A stretch of DNA of 57,632 bases from Pseudomonadota bacterium (GTDB lineage: Bacteria; Pseudomonadota; Alphaproteobacteria; Sphingomonadales; CAKZYD01): contig JBCCLR010000002.1 of NCBI GenBank assembly GCA_039026755.1, forward strand, positions 1-57,632, read 5' to 3'. This document shows, piece by piece, positions 11,197-19,414 of the stretch; position 1 is the first letter of the stretch, and each line of letters opens with the position of its first letter. A program made the translations under genes and the position numbers. A model generated the notes under the pieces. It made no database searches and had not been told where the DNA came from. It saw only the letters and a list, made by a program, of their open reading frames with translations.

Positions 11197-12687
11197 ATGT
11201 CAACCACACTTCTCGTTTTCCCGCATCAACTGTTTGCGGGCCACCCAGGGCTAAACCATAGCCCGAGCACAATCATCTTGATCGAAGACAGTTTGTTTTT
11301 CGGCGACCCGCAGTATCCGGCGATGTTTCACAAGCAGAAACTATGGCTGCACCGGGCGTCCATGGCGCGCTATGCCAAAGAGCTAGAAGCACGTGGTTAT
11401 AGCATTGAGTACTGCGCGTACCAGGCTGGTGAAGTCACATTAAAAAACGCGCTCCAAGACATCCAAGAATCTGGCGGCGTAGAGGTCATCGCCTGTGATC
11501 CTATTGATTTCACCTTGGAGAAAAGGCTGCAGCGCATGTGCGGCGACTTTGGCCTCGACCTGACCCTGCTTGCCTCACCCATGTTTCTCAACACGCGGGA
11601 GCAAAACCAGTCTTGGCGCGCGGGCCAAAAACGCTGGTTCATGGCTGAATTTTATAAAGCTCAGCGCACCCGACTGGATATTCTCATGGACGGTGATGAA
11701 CCGATAGGCAGGCAATGGAGCTTTGATGAAGACAATCGCAAGAAAGTGCCAAAAAAACTCCTCTCCACCGTGCCGCAGCTGAAACCCATTGCGCCAGACG
11801 ACATCGATGAGGATGCACGCACTTCGGTCGACACGCAGTTTGGCAATCACTACGGCAGCTTGGACCATTTGTACTGGCCAACCAGCCACACAGGTGCGGC
11901 TGCATGGTTAAATCAATTTCTGAAGGACCGTTTTGAACTTTTTGGCCCGTATGAAGACGCGATTGTAGAGGGTGAGACACTGCTCTGGCATAGCGCGATC
12001 ACGCCGATGCTGAATATTGGCCTGCTCACCCCCGCGCAGGTCGTTGGCGCCGCCCAAAAGCACCTTTCAGCACATGACGTGCCGCTCAATTCCGCCGAAG
12101 GCTTTATTCGGCAGGTCATTGGGTGGCGCGAGTTTATGCGTGCCACCTATGAAGACTTAGGCGTTAAAATGCGCACGACCAACCACTGGCAGCACACGCG
12201 GAAAATGCCGGAGAGCTTCTGGACCGGCGAAACCGGCATTGCACCGATTGATGACACCATTAAGCGCACACTCAACACCGGCTATTGCCACCATATCGAG
12301 CGGCTGATGGTGCTCGGTGGCTTCATGTTCCTATGCGAGTTTGACCCTGACGATATCTATCGCTGGTTCATGGAAATGTTTGTTGATGCCTATGATTGGG
12401 TGATGGTGACCAACGCTTACGCTATGAGCCAAAATGCCGATGGCGGGCTGATTACCACCAAGCCCTATTTCTCTGGCTCGGCGTATGTAAAGAAAATGAG
12501 CAACCATAAGGCGGGCGAATGGTGCGACATCTGGGATGGTTTGTACTGGCGCTGGATATGGAACCATGCAGACGCGCTGCAAAAAAACCCGCGCTGGGCC
12601 ATGATGGTCTCGATGGTGCGCAAGATGGATGAATCCAAGCGGCGCGGCCATCTTGAAAAAGCCGAGGCCTATCTCGCGAGGCTTTAA
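11197..12687 (+). CDS. Cryptochrome/photolyase-family protein (COG3046, 'photolyase-related')
   Basis: N-terminus MSTTLLVFPHQLF..., and the segments WSFDEDNRKK, GFIRQVIGWREF, GYCHHIERLMVLGGF and VDAYDWVMVTNAYAMSQNADGG. The ATG at 11197 is preferred over the TTG at 11170. Confidence 0.75.
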   Translation: MSTTLLVFPHQLFAGHPGLNHSPSTIILIEDSLFFGDPQYPAMFHKQKLWLHRASMARYAKELEARGYSIEYCAYQAGEVTLKNALQDIQESGGVEVIACDPIDFTLEKRLQRMCGDFGLDLTLLASPMFLNTREQNQSWRAGQKRWFMAEFYKAQRTRLDILMDGDEPIGRQWSFDEDNRKKVPKKLLSTVPQLKPIAPDDIDEDARTSVDTQFGNHYGSLDHLYWPTSHTGAAAWLNQFLKDRFELFGPYEDAIVEGETLLWHSAITPMLNIGLLTPAQVVGAAQKHLSAHDVPLNSAEGFIRQVIGWREFMRATYEDLGVKMRTTNHWQHTRKMPESFWTGETGIAPIDDTIKRTLNTGYCHHIERLMVLGGFMFLCEFDPDDIYRWFMEMFVDAYDWVMVTNAYAMSQNADGGLITTKPYFSGSAYVKKMSNHKAGEWCDIWDGLYWRWIWNHADALQKNPRWAMMVSMVRKMDESKRRGHLEKAEAYLARL

Positions 12688-12798
12688 ACTACGGCTCAAA
12701 ACGCCGGAAAATCCAGGTGCACGGATACCGGTTTGATAAAGCCGTTATGCCTTAGAGCCATAGTTTGGCCACCTTAGCCACGCACTGCGCAGCATGCC

Positions 12799-13623
12799 AT
12801 GACCGTTTGGAGCCTTGCCGTGCGTGCTTTCATTGTTTTTCATCTCGCTTGCTCTGCGCTGCTTTTGCCAAGCTGCGCCACCATGATCCGTGGGACAAAA
12901 GACGATATGATCGTGAAAACGGACCCTGAGGGCGCGCGGGTCACTACGACGCTCGAAACCCCAAAAAGCAAACGGGCCCGCCGCAAAGATGACAGCGCAG
13001 AACCGGAATTTTACGGCTGTGACGCCACACCATGCGCCATCGACATGCCGCGCAAAGCAGACTTTTTGCTGACGATTGAAAAAGATGGCTATGAACCAGT
13101 GACTATCGCCGTAGAAGGCAAACTTGGCAAACGCGGGCTCACCGCCAATATTGCGCAAGGCGCTGGCGCGCTTACCTTTGCAGGTCTAACAGGGGCCTGG
13201 GTCGCGAATTTTTCTCTGCTTGGTTCGGCAAGTGCAGGCGCGGGTGCTGGCGCCGGCGCGGCGGCGGCCACAGCAGGTGTTTTACTTGTCCCGCTTGGCG
13301 TTGACGCGGCAACCGGCTCAATGCTGAACCACAACCCCAACCCCATTGAACTTGTACTGCCGCCGGTTGGCACCGGCCATACGCCAGACCCCTATGCCGC
13401 AGTCCTTGGCGCGCGGTTGGCCAAAGCCGATGCGTACAAGACGCTGAGACGTTGTGAAAAGCAGAATATACAGACGCGCAAGATACGGTGTGGGTCGGTG
13501 GCGCAAACCTATCTCGATGCGAAAGCAGCGCTCAAAGAGGCGGAAGTCCGGTATCACCAACAGCTCGACGCCGCAGAAAAAGCGTTTAAAACCGCGCAGA
13601 AAGATGCCGCGGAAAGCCGCTGA
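12799..13623 (+). CDS. Putative lipoprotein with a PEGA-like domain and a Gly/Ala-rich membrane-like segment
   Basis: Signal peptide with lipobox-like LLLPSC. PEGA-like segment (VKTDPEGARV...TPCAIDMPRKADFLLTIEKDGYEPVTI). The C-terminus is helical and charged. Confidence 0.5.
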   Translation: MTVWSLAVRAFIVFHLACSALLLPSCATMIRGTKDDMIVKTDPEGARVTTTLETPKSKRARRKDDSAEPEFYGCDATPCAIDMPRKADFLLTIEKDGYEPVTIAVEGKLGKRGLTANIAQGAGALTFAGLTGAWVANFSLLGSASAGAGAGAGAAAATAGVLLVPLGVDAATGSMLNHNPNPIELVLPPVGTGHTPDPYAAVLGARLAKADAYKTLRRCEKQNIQTRKIRCGSVAQTYLDAKAALKEAEVRYHQQLDAAEKAFKTAQKDAAESR

Positions 13624-13667
13624 ACAACACGCGACTAGACGGCGGCTTTAAAGCAGGATTTTACCCC

Positions 13668-15284
13668 TTACTCTGCGGCCGTTGACACCTGAGCACTGGC
13701 GCACATATGCGCCTTGTCCTGCGGTTTTGACTTGGGTGCTTCCTCACTATCGAGCCAGTGCTCCAAAGTCTCATGGAAGTGGCGAATTTTGCTTTCTTGG
13801 TAGTTTGCAAAAATCACTTTACCGCGCGGATGGTTGTGCAAGCCGCGCTGCACGGCGGCATGATTGAGCCCGTCTTGATTAAAGATTTTAAGCAGATAGC
13901 TGCCAAAGTTTGGGGCCTCGGTATAATCATCATCAAGATCGAGAAATGTGCATTCTACGGGCTTTGGCCGCTCTGCCCCTTCCGGCAGTGCCACCATGAA
14001 CATCACTTCATGCAGGCACTGTTCCGGGTTATCGCCATCCGGGCGAAACCGGTAGAAGATCGGGTTAAAATCAGCCCACGGGCTGATATTGGGGAATACA
14101 CTATAGAAGATGGCATCGTTTAAATCAGCGTCGCTGATGTCATCGACCATATCTCCCCACGCCGGCCGCATTTCCTCTCGCCGGGCGCGCGACATTGCGA
14201 TGCGGTGCTCGGTAGAGCTACCTGCAGAAGGCGGCATCGGCATATCCTCATCCCCTGCGCGAATTTTACCGCCGACCCAGTTACACATGTGCGGGTCAGC
14301 ATTTGTCATCTCACCTTCAATATGGTTTCCGCTGGCATCAAAAATACCGGATTTGCCGTTGGGCATCGTCACTTCAACGCGGTTTTCTTCAATGCGGCGG
14401 AATTTATGATTGCTGATCGGGTGAATAAAGCTCTGAAAAGTCTTCTGGTCTGGCCAATAGGAAAAGTCTGGCTTTTTCAGCGATGTATGCGGGCTGGGAA
14501 ACCCATTTGCCGACATTGCCCGAGAGAAATTGCCCCAAGCATCATATTTAGAATTAGCATCTGAAAACGCTGGCATCAGCTCTGGATGCGTCGCTACGAC
14601 ATGGTAGGATTCCATGAATGCTTCTTGGGCCACCTTCCAGTTACACGGCAGCCGTTTCACCAGATGGGCCGCTTTATAGCGCCGCTCAAACGGAATTTTA
14701 AAATGCCGATTTAAGTCACCCAAAAAGTCCTCCAGCGGTTCACAATTTGGATCGGGATTGATGAACACAAAGCCGCCCCATGTTCCGACCTGCACCGCCG
14801 GTAAGCGGAAATCGTCTTCATTCACGGTTGGAAAGTCCCACTGGCAAGGCACTTCTTTAAGGCTGCCATCGAGGTTCCAGGACCAGCCATGAAACGCGCA
14901 GCGCATCACCCGCAGGCCTTTTTTATGGCTGTCGCACAATTTGCGCCCACGGTGCATACAAGCATTGGGGAACGCTTTAATTTCCGTTTTACTGGCGCGG
15001 ACGATGATAAACGACAGGCCGGCAATATCGTAGATGTGCGTATCCCCAACATTTGGAATTTCATCTACATGGCATGCCATTTGCCATACCCGTTTCCACA
15101 GACGCTCAACTTCGCGGTCATGCTCTTCACGGCTGAAATAGCGTGTAACATCTATTTCGGTCACACCGGAAGGAACCGGATTGTCCTCAAAATAAACAGC
15201 GGGGGGTTGGACCTCGTCGCGGCGGATCATTTCTTCATACGACATGCCGTTTGAACGGTTATGCCCGGTCAGCGTCTCAACCAT
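13668..15284 (-). CDS. Rieske [2Fe-2S] aromatic-ring-hydroxylating oxygenase, alpha subunit (oversized, 538 aa)
   Basis: Rieske motif CMHRGRKLC...CAFHGWSW and mononuclear-iron motif NWKVAQEAFMESYHVVATH. Confidence 0.85.
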   Translation of the reverse strand: MVETLTGHNRSNGMSYEEMIRRDEVQPPAVYFEDNPVPSGVTEIDVTRYFSREEHDREVERLWKRVWQMACHVDEIPNVGDTHIYDIAGLSFIIVRASKTEIKAFPNACMHRGRKLCDSHKKGLRVMRCAFHGWSWNLDGSLKEVPCQWDFPTVNEDDFRLPAVQVGTWGGFVFINPDPNCEPLEDFLGDLNRHFKIPFERRYKAAHLVKRLPCNWKVAQEAFMESYHVVATHPELMPAFSDANSKYDAWGNFSRAMSANGFPSPHTSLKKPDFSYWPDQKTFQSFIHPISNHKFRRIEENRVEVTMPNGKSGIFDASGNHIEGEMTNADPHMCNWVGGKIRAGDEDMPMPPSAGSSTEHRIAMSRARREEMRPAWGDMVDDISDADLNDAIFYSVFPNISPWADFNPIFYRFRPDGDNPEQCLHEVMFMVALPEGAERPKPVECTFLDLDDDYTEAPNFGSYLLKIFNQDGLNHAAVQRGLHNHPRGKVIFANYQESKIRHFHETLEHWLDSEEAPKSKPQDKAHMCASAQVSTAAE

Positions 15285-15459
15285 GTTCCCCTCCGGTTTT
15301 CGTCACTCTCAACAACTTGAACAATTCCAAACAGCAAAATCAACACTAACAAAGAACAGGGTCGGTATTTTAACGTCGCGCTCGCATTTTGCCTCGCGCC
15401 TCACTCAAAATATCGCCCCGCTTTTACGTCTTGGCTGGGCATTTGATGACCCCAGGCGC

Positions 15460-16545
15460 TTAAGTCAGCTGCCCCACCCGGCGCAGCTGATAGTTGGAAT
15501 TACCAAGCATGGCATCAATCGCAACAAGGCGCTTGAAATAGTGCCCAATGCTTAATTCATCCGTCATCCCGATGCCGCCATGAACCTGGATCGCACTCTC
15601 GCCAACCTGCTGGCCGAGGCGCCCTGCTTGCGCTTTCAAGAGTGCTATGTCACGCGGTGTTGCCTGCTGGCGATCAGCAAGCGCCGTCGTGGCGAGCAAC
15701 TGGGCCTCAAGCTTTACCGCGGCGATCTTCATATCAGCCAGCCGATGTGCAACAGCTTGGAAGCTGCCAATGGGTTTGCCGAATTGCTTGCGTGTTGCCG
15801 CATACTCAGCGCTCGCCTCAACCAATACCTTAACAGCGCCAACCGCTTCGGCGGCCAAGTACAGGCGCGCTAGATTTAACACCTCTTCGAGTTGCGCCGC
15901 GCAGTCTTCTGCAAGGATGTCCGTTTCAGCAACAGTGACGCGATTGAACTGGACATTTGATGCCTGCCGGCCATCGATTGTCTGATACGGCGTCATGGAT
16001 ACGCCAGGTGCGCGCGCTGCAACGTTCAGCAACATTTGGCGATTGCCCTGGCGCGCCGAAACAACAAACCGGTCGGCTGCATCACCCCCCAGCACCAGGC
16101 GCTTTTCTCCGCTTAACGTATGACCATCAAATGTGGTCGCCATGACGCTCACATCGCCGACGCCATAAGCCTCCTCATGCGCCAGAGCAATGCGCGTCGT
16201 GCCCGACAAAACGTCATGCCAAATGGGGCTATGCGCGACACCGCCAAGGCGGTAGGCCTGCGCGCCAAGCAGCATATAATCGAGATAGGGCTCAGCCATC
16301 AGGTATTTGCCGAAAATCTCGCCAAGAGCCACCATATCGCTAGGCGCACCGCCAAGTCCGCCGTCACCTTCCGAAAACGCCAGCTGCAGCACGCCCATCT
16401 CTGTGAGCTGCGTCCAAACCGGCAGATTGCGACCCTCGGGGCTTGCCACACTGGCTTGCCGTGCGTCGAAATCATAGGTTTTTGCTAAAAGTCGATCGAT
16501 GCCGCTTCGCAGCATCTCTTGCTCACTGGTAAACGCAAAATCCAT
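15460..16545 (-). CDS. Acyl-CoA dehydrogenase family protein (short, 361 aa)
   Basis: C-terminal ACAD signature ..QVHGGIGMTDELSIGHYFKRL... It begins 5 nt after the upstream ACAD gene ends. Confidence 0.85.
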   Translation of the reverse strand: MDFAFTSEQEMLRSGIDRLLAKTYDFDARQASVASPEGRNLPVWTQLTEMGVLQLAFSEGDGGLGGAPSDMVALGEIFGKYLMAEPYLDYMLLGAQAYRLGGVAHSPIWHDVLSGTTRIALAHEEAYGVGDVSVMATTFDGHTLSGEKRLVLGGDAADRFVVSARQGNRQMLLNVAARAPGVSMTPYQTIDGRQASNVQFNRVTVAETDILAEDCAAQLEEVLNLARLYLAAEAVGAVKVLVEASAEYAATRKQFGKPIGSFQAVAHRLADMKIAAVKLEAQLLATTALADRQQATPRDIALLKAQAGRLGQQVGESAIQVHGGIGMTDELSIGHYFKRLVAIDAMLGNSNYQLRRVGQLT

Positions 16546-16550
16546 CGGTC

Positions 16551-17759
16551 TTATCGCTGTGTAATCATGGTCCGCGCGACCAGATCGCGCTGGATCTCAT
16601 TGCTGCCTGCATAAATCGTCGTCGCGCGGGCCAGCAAGTAAGACGGCATCGCCGTTAGATCGAAATCGGTGGTCAGCGGCGCCGTGTTTGAGCCCACGGT
16701 CAAGGCTTCAGTTTGCATAGCGAGCCCGCTAATACCCGCCACCTTGGTTGCCATAAGGCATACCTTTTGCGTGAGTTCCGAACTCAAGATCTTCGCGATA
16801 GAAGGCGCTGCAGGGTCCGTCGATAAGGGGTGCTTGCTGATCAACACGCGCTCATAAGCGGCGCATGCAGCGATTTCAGCCTCAAGCTCCGCCACGTCCC
16901 GCTGAAAGCTCTCATCATCGGCAAGTGCGCCGCCGAACGGCGAAGGGGCAGCGCGCGCGGCAGCGCGAATAAGCTCAAGCTTGGCCTGCATGCCCGGGCT
17001 TGCCGTGGTACCACCGCGCTCGTATTTCAGCAGGGCCTTGGCAACGCTCCAACCATCATGTTCTGCGCCAACCCGGCCTGACACAGGCACCCGCACATCT
17101 TTAAAGAAAACCTCACACATCTCTGGCCGACCATCGAGGCCTTTGATTGGGCGGATATCCATGCCGGGATAGTCTGTTCGCTCGAGCAGCAAAAACGTGA
17201 TGCCGGCCTGTTTTTTGCCCTCCTTGCGCGTGCGCACGAGTAAAAACATCCGGTTGGATTTAAACGCCAGCGTGGTCCAAATCTTTTGGCCATTGATGAC
17301 ATAATCATCGCCGTCGCGCGCTGCAAAAGTGCTCAAAGATGCCAAGTCTGAGCCGGAATTGGGTTCAGAATAGCCTTGCGTCCAATAATCTTCGCCACTG
17401 CGAATCCGGGGCAAGAATTTAGCTTTCTGTGCGTCCGTGCCCATATCAATGAGCAGTGGACCAATCATTTTCAGCCCATTGGGCAGCAGCGGCGGCAAGC
17501 CGCGCCGATCATGCTCCTGGTTGAAAATAAAGCGCTGCTGCAATGACCAGCCGGTACCACCATATTCAACCGGCCAATTTGGCGCGGCCCAGCCTTTATC
17601 ATCCAAAATTTTTTGCCATGCCAAAGCAGCTTCAAACGGCGCAAAAACACTTGTCGTCTTGCGCCCAGCTTCGCGGATTTGCGGTGTCGGCGCCGTGTCT
17701 AGAAAGTCGCAGACCTCAGCGCGAAACGCTTCAAGATCAACCTCTGCACCCATATCCAA
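16551..17759 (-). CDS. Acyl-CoA dehydrogenase family protein (402 aa)
   Basis: Motifs YWTQGYSEPNSGSDLASL, INGQKIWTT and TTIYAGSNEIQRDLVAR. Confidence 0.88.
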   Translation of the reverse strand: MDMGAEVDLEAFRAEVCDFLDTAPTPQIREAGRKTTSVFAPFEAALAWQKILDDKGWAAPNWPVEYGGTGWSLQQRFIFNQEHDRRGLPPLLPNGLKMIGPLLIDMGTDAQKAKFLPRIRSGEDYWTQGYSEPNSGSDLASLSTFAARDGDDYVINGQKIWTTLAFKSNRMFLLVRTRKEGKKQAGITFLLLERTDYPGMDIRPIKGLDGRPEMCEVFFKDVRVPVSGRVGAEHDGWSVAKALLKYERGGTTASPGMQAKLELIRAAARAAPSPFGGALADDESFQRDVAELEAEIAACAAYERVLISKHPLSTDPAAPSIAKILSSELTQKVCLMATKVAGISGLAMQTEALTVGSNTAPLTTDFDLTAMPSYLLARATTIYAGSNEIQRDLVARTMITQR

Positions 17760-17877
17760 ACACCCCTCCTTGCACAGGTAACGCCCGAGATAGCGCTAGC
17801 ACAGCACAATGAAGCATGTGTGGCGGCCCTGCCGAAGCCCTGCTTTATAGTAGTATCACGCGGCTCAGCAGCAGGCG

Positions 17878-19119
17878 TTACGACCGGCGCGCCCGTTCAA
17901 TCACGCTTTGTACATCTCCGCTTGGCGCGAGACTAGGCCAGGTCTGCAGGGCTTGCTGCGCGACCGTTTGCGAATCTTCAGTACGGCCTTTACGCACAAA
18001 TTGACGTATAATCTTCAGCACATCTTTTTGACCACTTGGGTCCAGAGTACTGCCGGTATTGATCCCTGTTTTGGTCACAATTTCCGCTGAATAGATATGC
18101 CGATCAACCCCGCCCAGGCTATATTTGTAGGCCTCGTTGCCAAGGGTAAAATCATAGCGCTGCATCCCATTTGCGATGGCCCAGCGAATGGAATGTGCAT
18201 GCAGCGCCAAGCCTGCCGAGATATCACGAAAGGCAGCATCGCGGCCACTCACGTGGAACAACATATGCCGCTTTACCATGTCGAGATAGCTGGCTTGCGC
18301 GGCGACGGGTGTGTCGTCTTGCCAGAGAATGACCAAATAAACCGAGCCAGCAGCAAGGCCTAGCATCACCACGTCCTGAAACAGCGCGGCAAGCTCTGCA
18401 GCCCGCTTTTCACCTTTTCGCGCAGCATGCTTTTGATACCATAGCTGCGATAGTATTTTTACGTCTTGCGCATAGGTCTCCGGCTGCGCCCGCGTGATCT
18501 TAAGGCTGCGCTCATCATCGAGCCGGCGCAGCAACCGCTTCAGCTTTTGCCGTGCGTTGGCACTGAGCGCTGCCAAATATGCCGCAAAGCTCTCAGGCAA
18601 ATCGATAAAGGGACATATCAGGTTGTCCGTCTGACCGTCATTGATGAGGTGCTGGTTTTTTTTGCGCTCAAAGACCTTCGTATCAAAAGCGTTGGCAAAG
18701 GCGTCCAGCCGCTGCGCTGGGCCACTGAAATAGTTCAAAATCAATCGGCCGAAAGACGTGTCCGCAATGGCAGACGCAAAAGCCCGACAAACTGGCCCTT
18801 CAAGCTCAGGGTCGCACAAAATGCCGGTATAATCCGCATCGAAAACATGGCCCAGCATATCCAACACATTATAGAGGCACGCGTGCTGTTTACTCCAGCG
18901 CAGGCTCACCACCAGAGGCAACACGCCAATGCAGCGATGGTGTTCGCTCCAGGCAATTAAAATCCTAAACTTACCCTGGGATCGCTTTGCCACAGCCATC
19001 ATAAAGCCAGACGATAAATAAAAATGCGCGCTGGGGTCTGCCTGGTAAAGCTCGTCCCAATCCAGTGCGATTTCGTCTAAGCGATCAAGCGTTTCTACAG
19101 CTTCAATATGCATATTCAT
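17878..19119 (-). CDS. GNAT-type acetyltransferase, CelD/BioF2-like (FemAB-fold) family
   Basis: 413 aa. The C-terminal half (LFHVSGRD..LHAHSIRWAIANGMQRYDFTLGNEAYKYSLG) resembles the Acetyltransf_6/CelD-like family. This is recognition by eye only. Confidence 0.55.
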   Translation of the reverse strand: MNMHIEAVETLDRLDEIALDWDELYQADPSAHFYLSSGFMMAVAKRSQGKFRILIAWSEHHRCIGVLPLVVSLRWSKQHACLYNVLDMLGHVFDADYTGILCDPELEGPVCRAFASAIADTSFGRLILNYFSGPAQRLDAFANAFDTKVFERKKNQHLINDGQTDNLICPFIDLPESFAAYLAALSANARQKLKRLLRRLDDERSLKITRAQPETYAQDVKILSQLWYQKHAARKGEKRAAELAALFQDVVMLGLAAGSVYLVILWQDDTPVAAQASYLDMVKRHMLFHVSGRDAAFRDISAGLALHAHSIRWAIANGMQRYDFTLGNEAYKYSLGGVDRHIYSAEIVTKTGINTGSTLDPSGQKDVLKIIRQFVRKGRTEDSQTVAQQALQTWPSLAPSGDVQSVIERARRS

Positions 19120-19275
19120 GTCGCGCGCCTATAGCCGCACGCCCGCCGCCATAGGCCCAATAAGAGGCCACCAGGTTTATAAGCGTCAGTACGCCAAAGC
19201 GGCATATCCTATCAGCTCCAAAATTGCGGTGTAAAAACCACAGCTGTCGGCACCATGTTCACACCACAGCACATT

Positions 19276-19294
19276 GTTCTTGACAATCATTATC
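19276..19294. promoter_or_regulatory. Fur-box-like site overlapping a TTGACA hexamer
   Basis: GTTCTTGACAATCATTATC matches GATAATGATAATCATTATC at 14 of 19 positions. It lies upstream of the poly-Glu TonB receptor. Confidence 0.35.
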
Positions 19295-19321
19295 GCACTC
19301 AACATACGTCCACTCGCACTG

Positions 19322-19338
19322 ACGTTACAGTATAACGT
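19322..19338. promoter_or_regulatory. Inverted repeat ACGTTA-N5-TAACGT (Zur-box-like core GTTA..TATAAC)
   Basis: Read directly; about 80 nt upstream of the receptor ATG. Confidence 0.3.
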
Positions 19339-19414
19339 TAGCAACACGCGATACGTATATCGCAGCTTAGATCAATGACCAGGCGCACGGTGCGCCCAAC
19401 ACTCCGGAATTATC

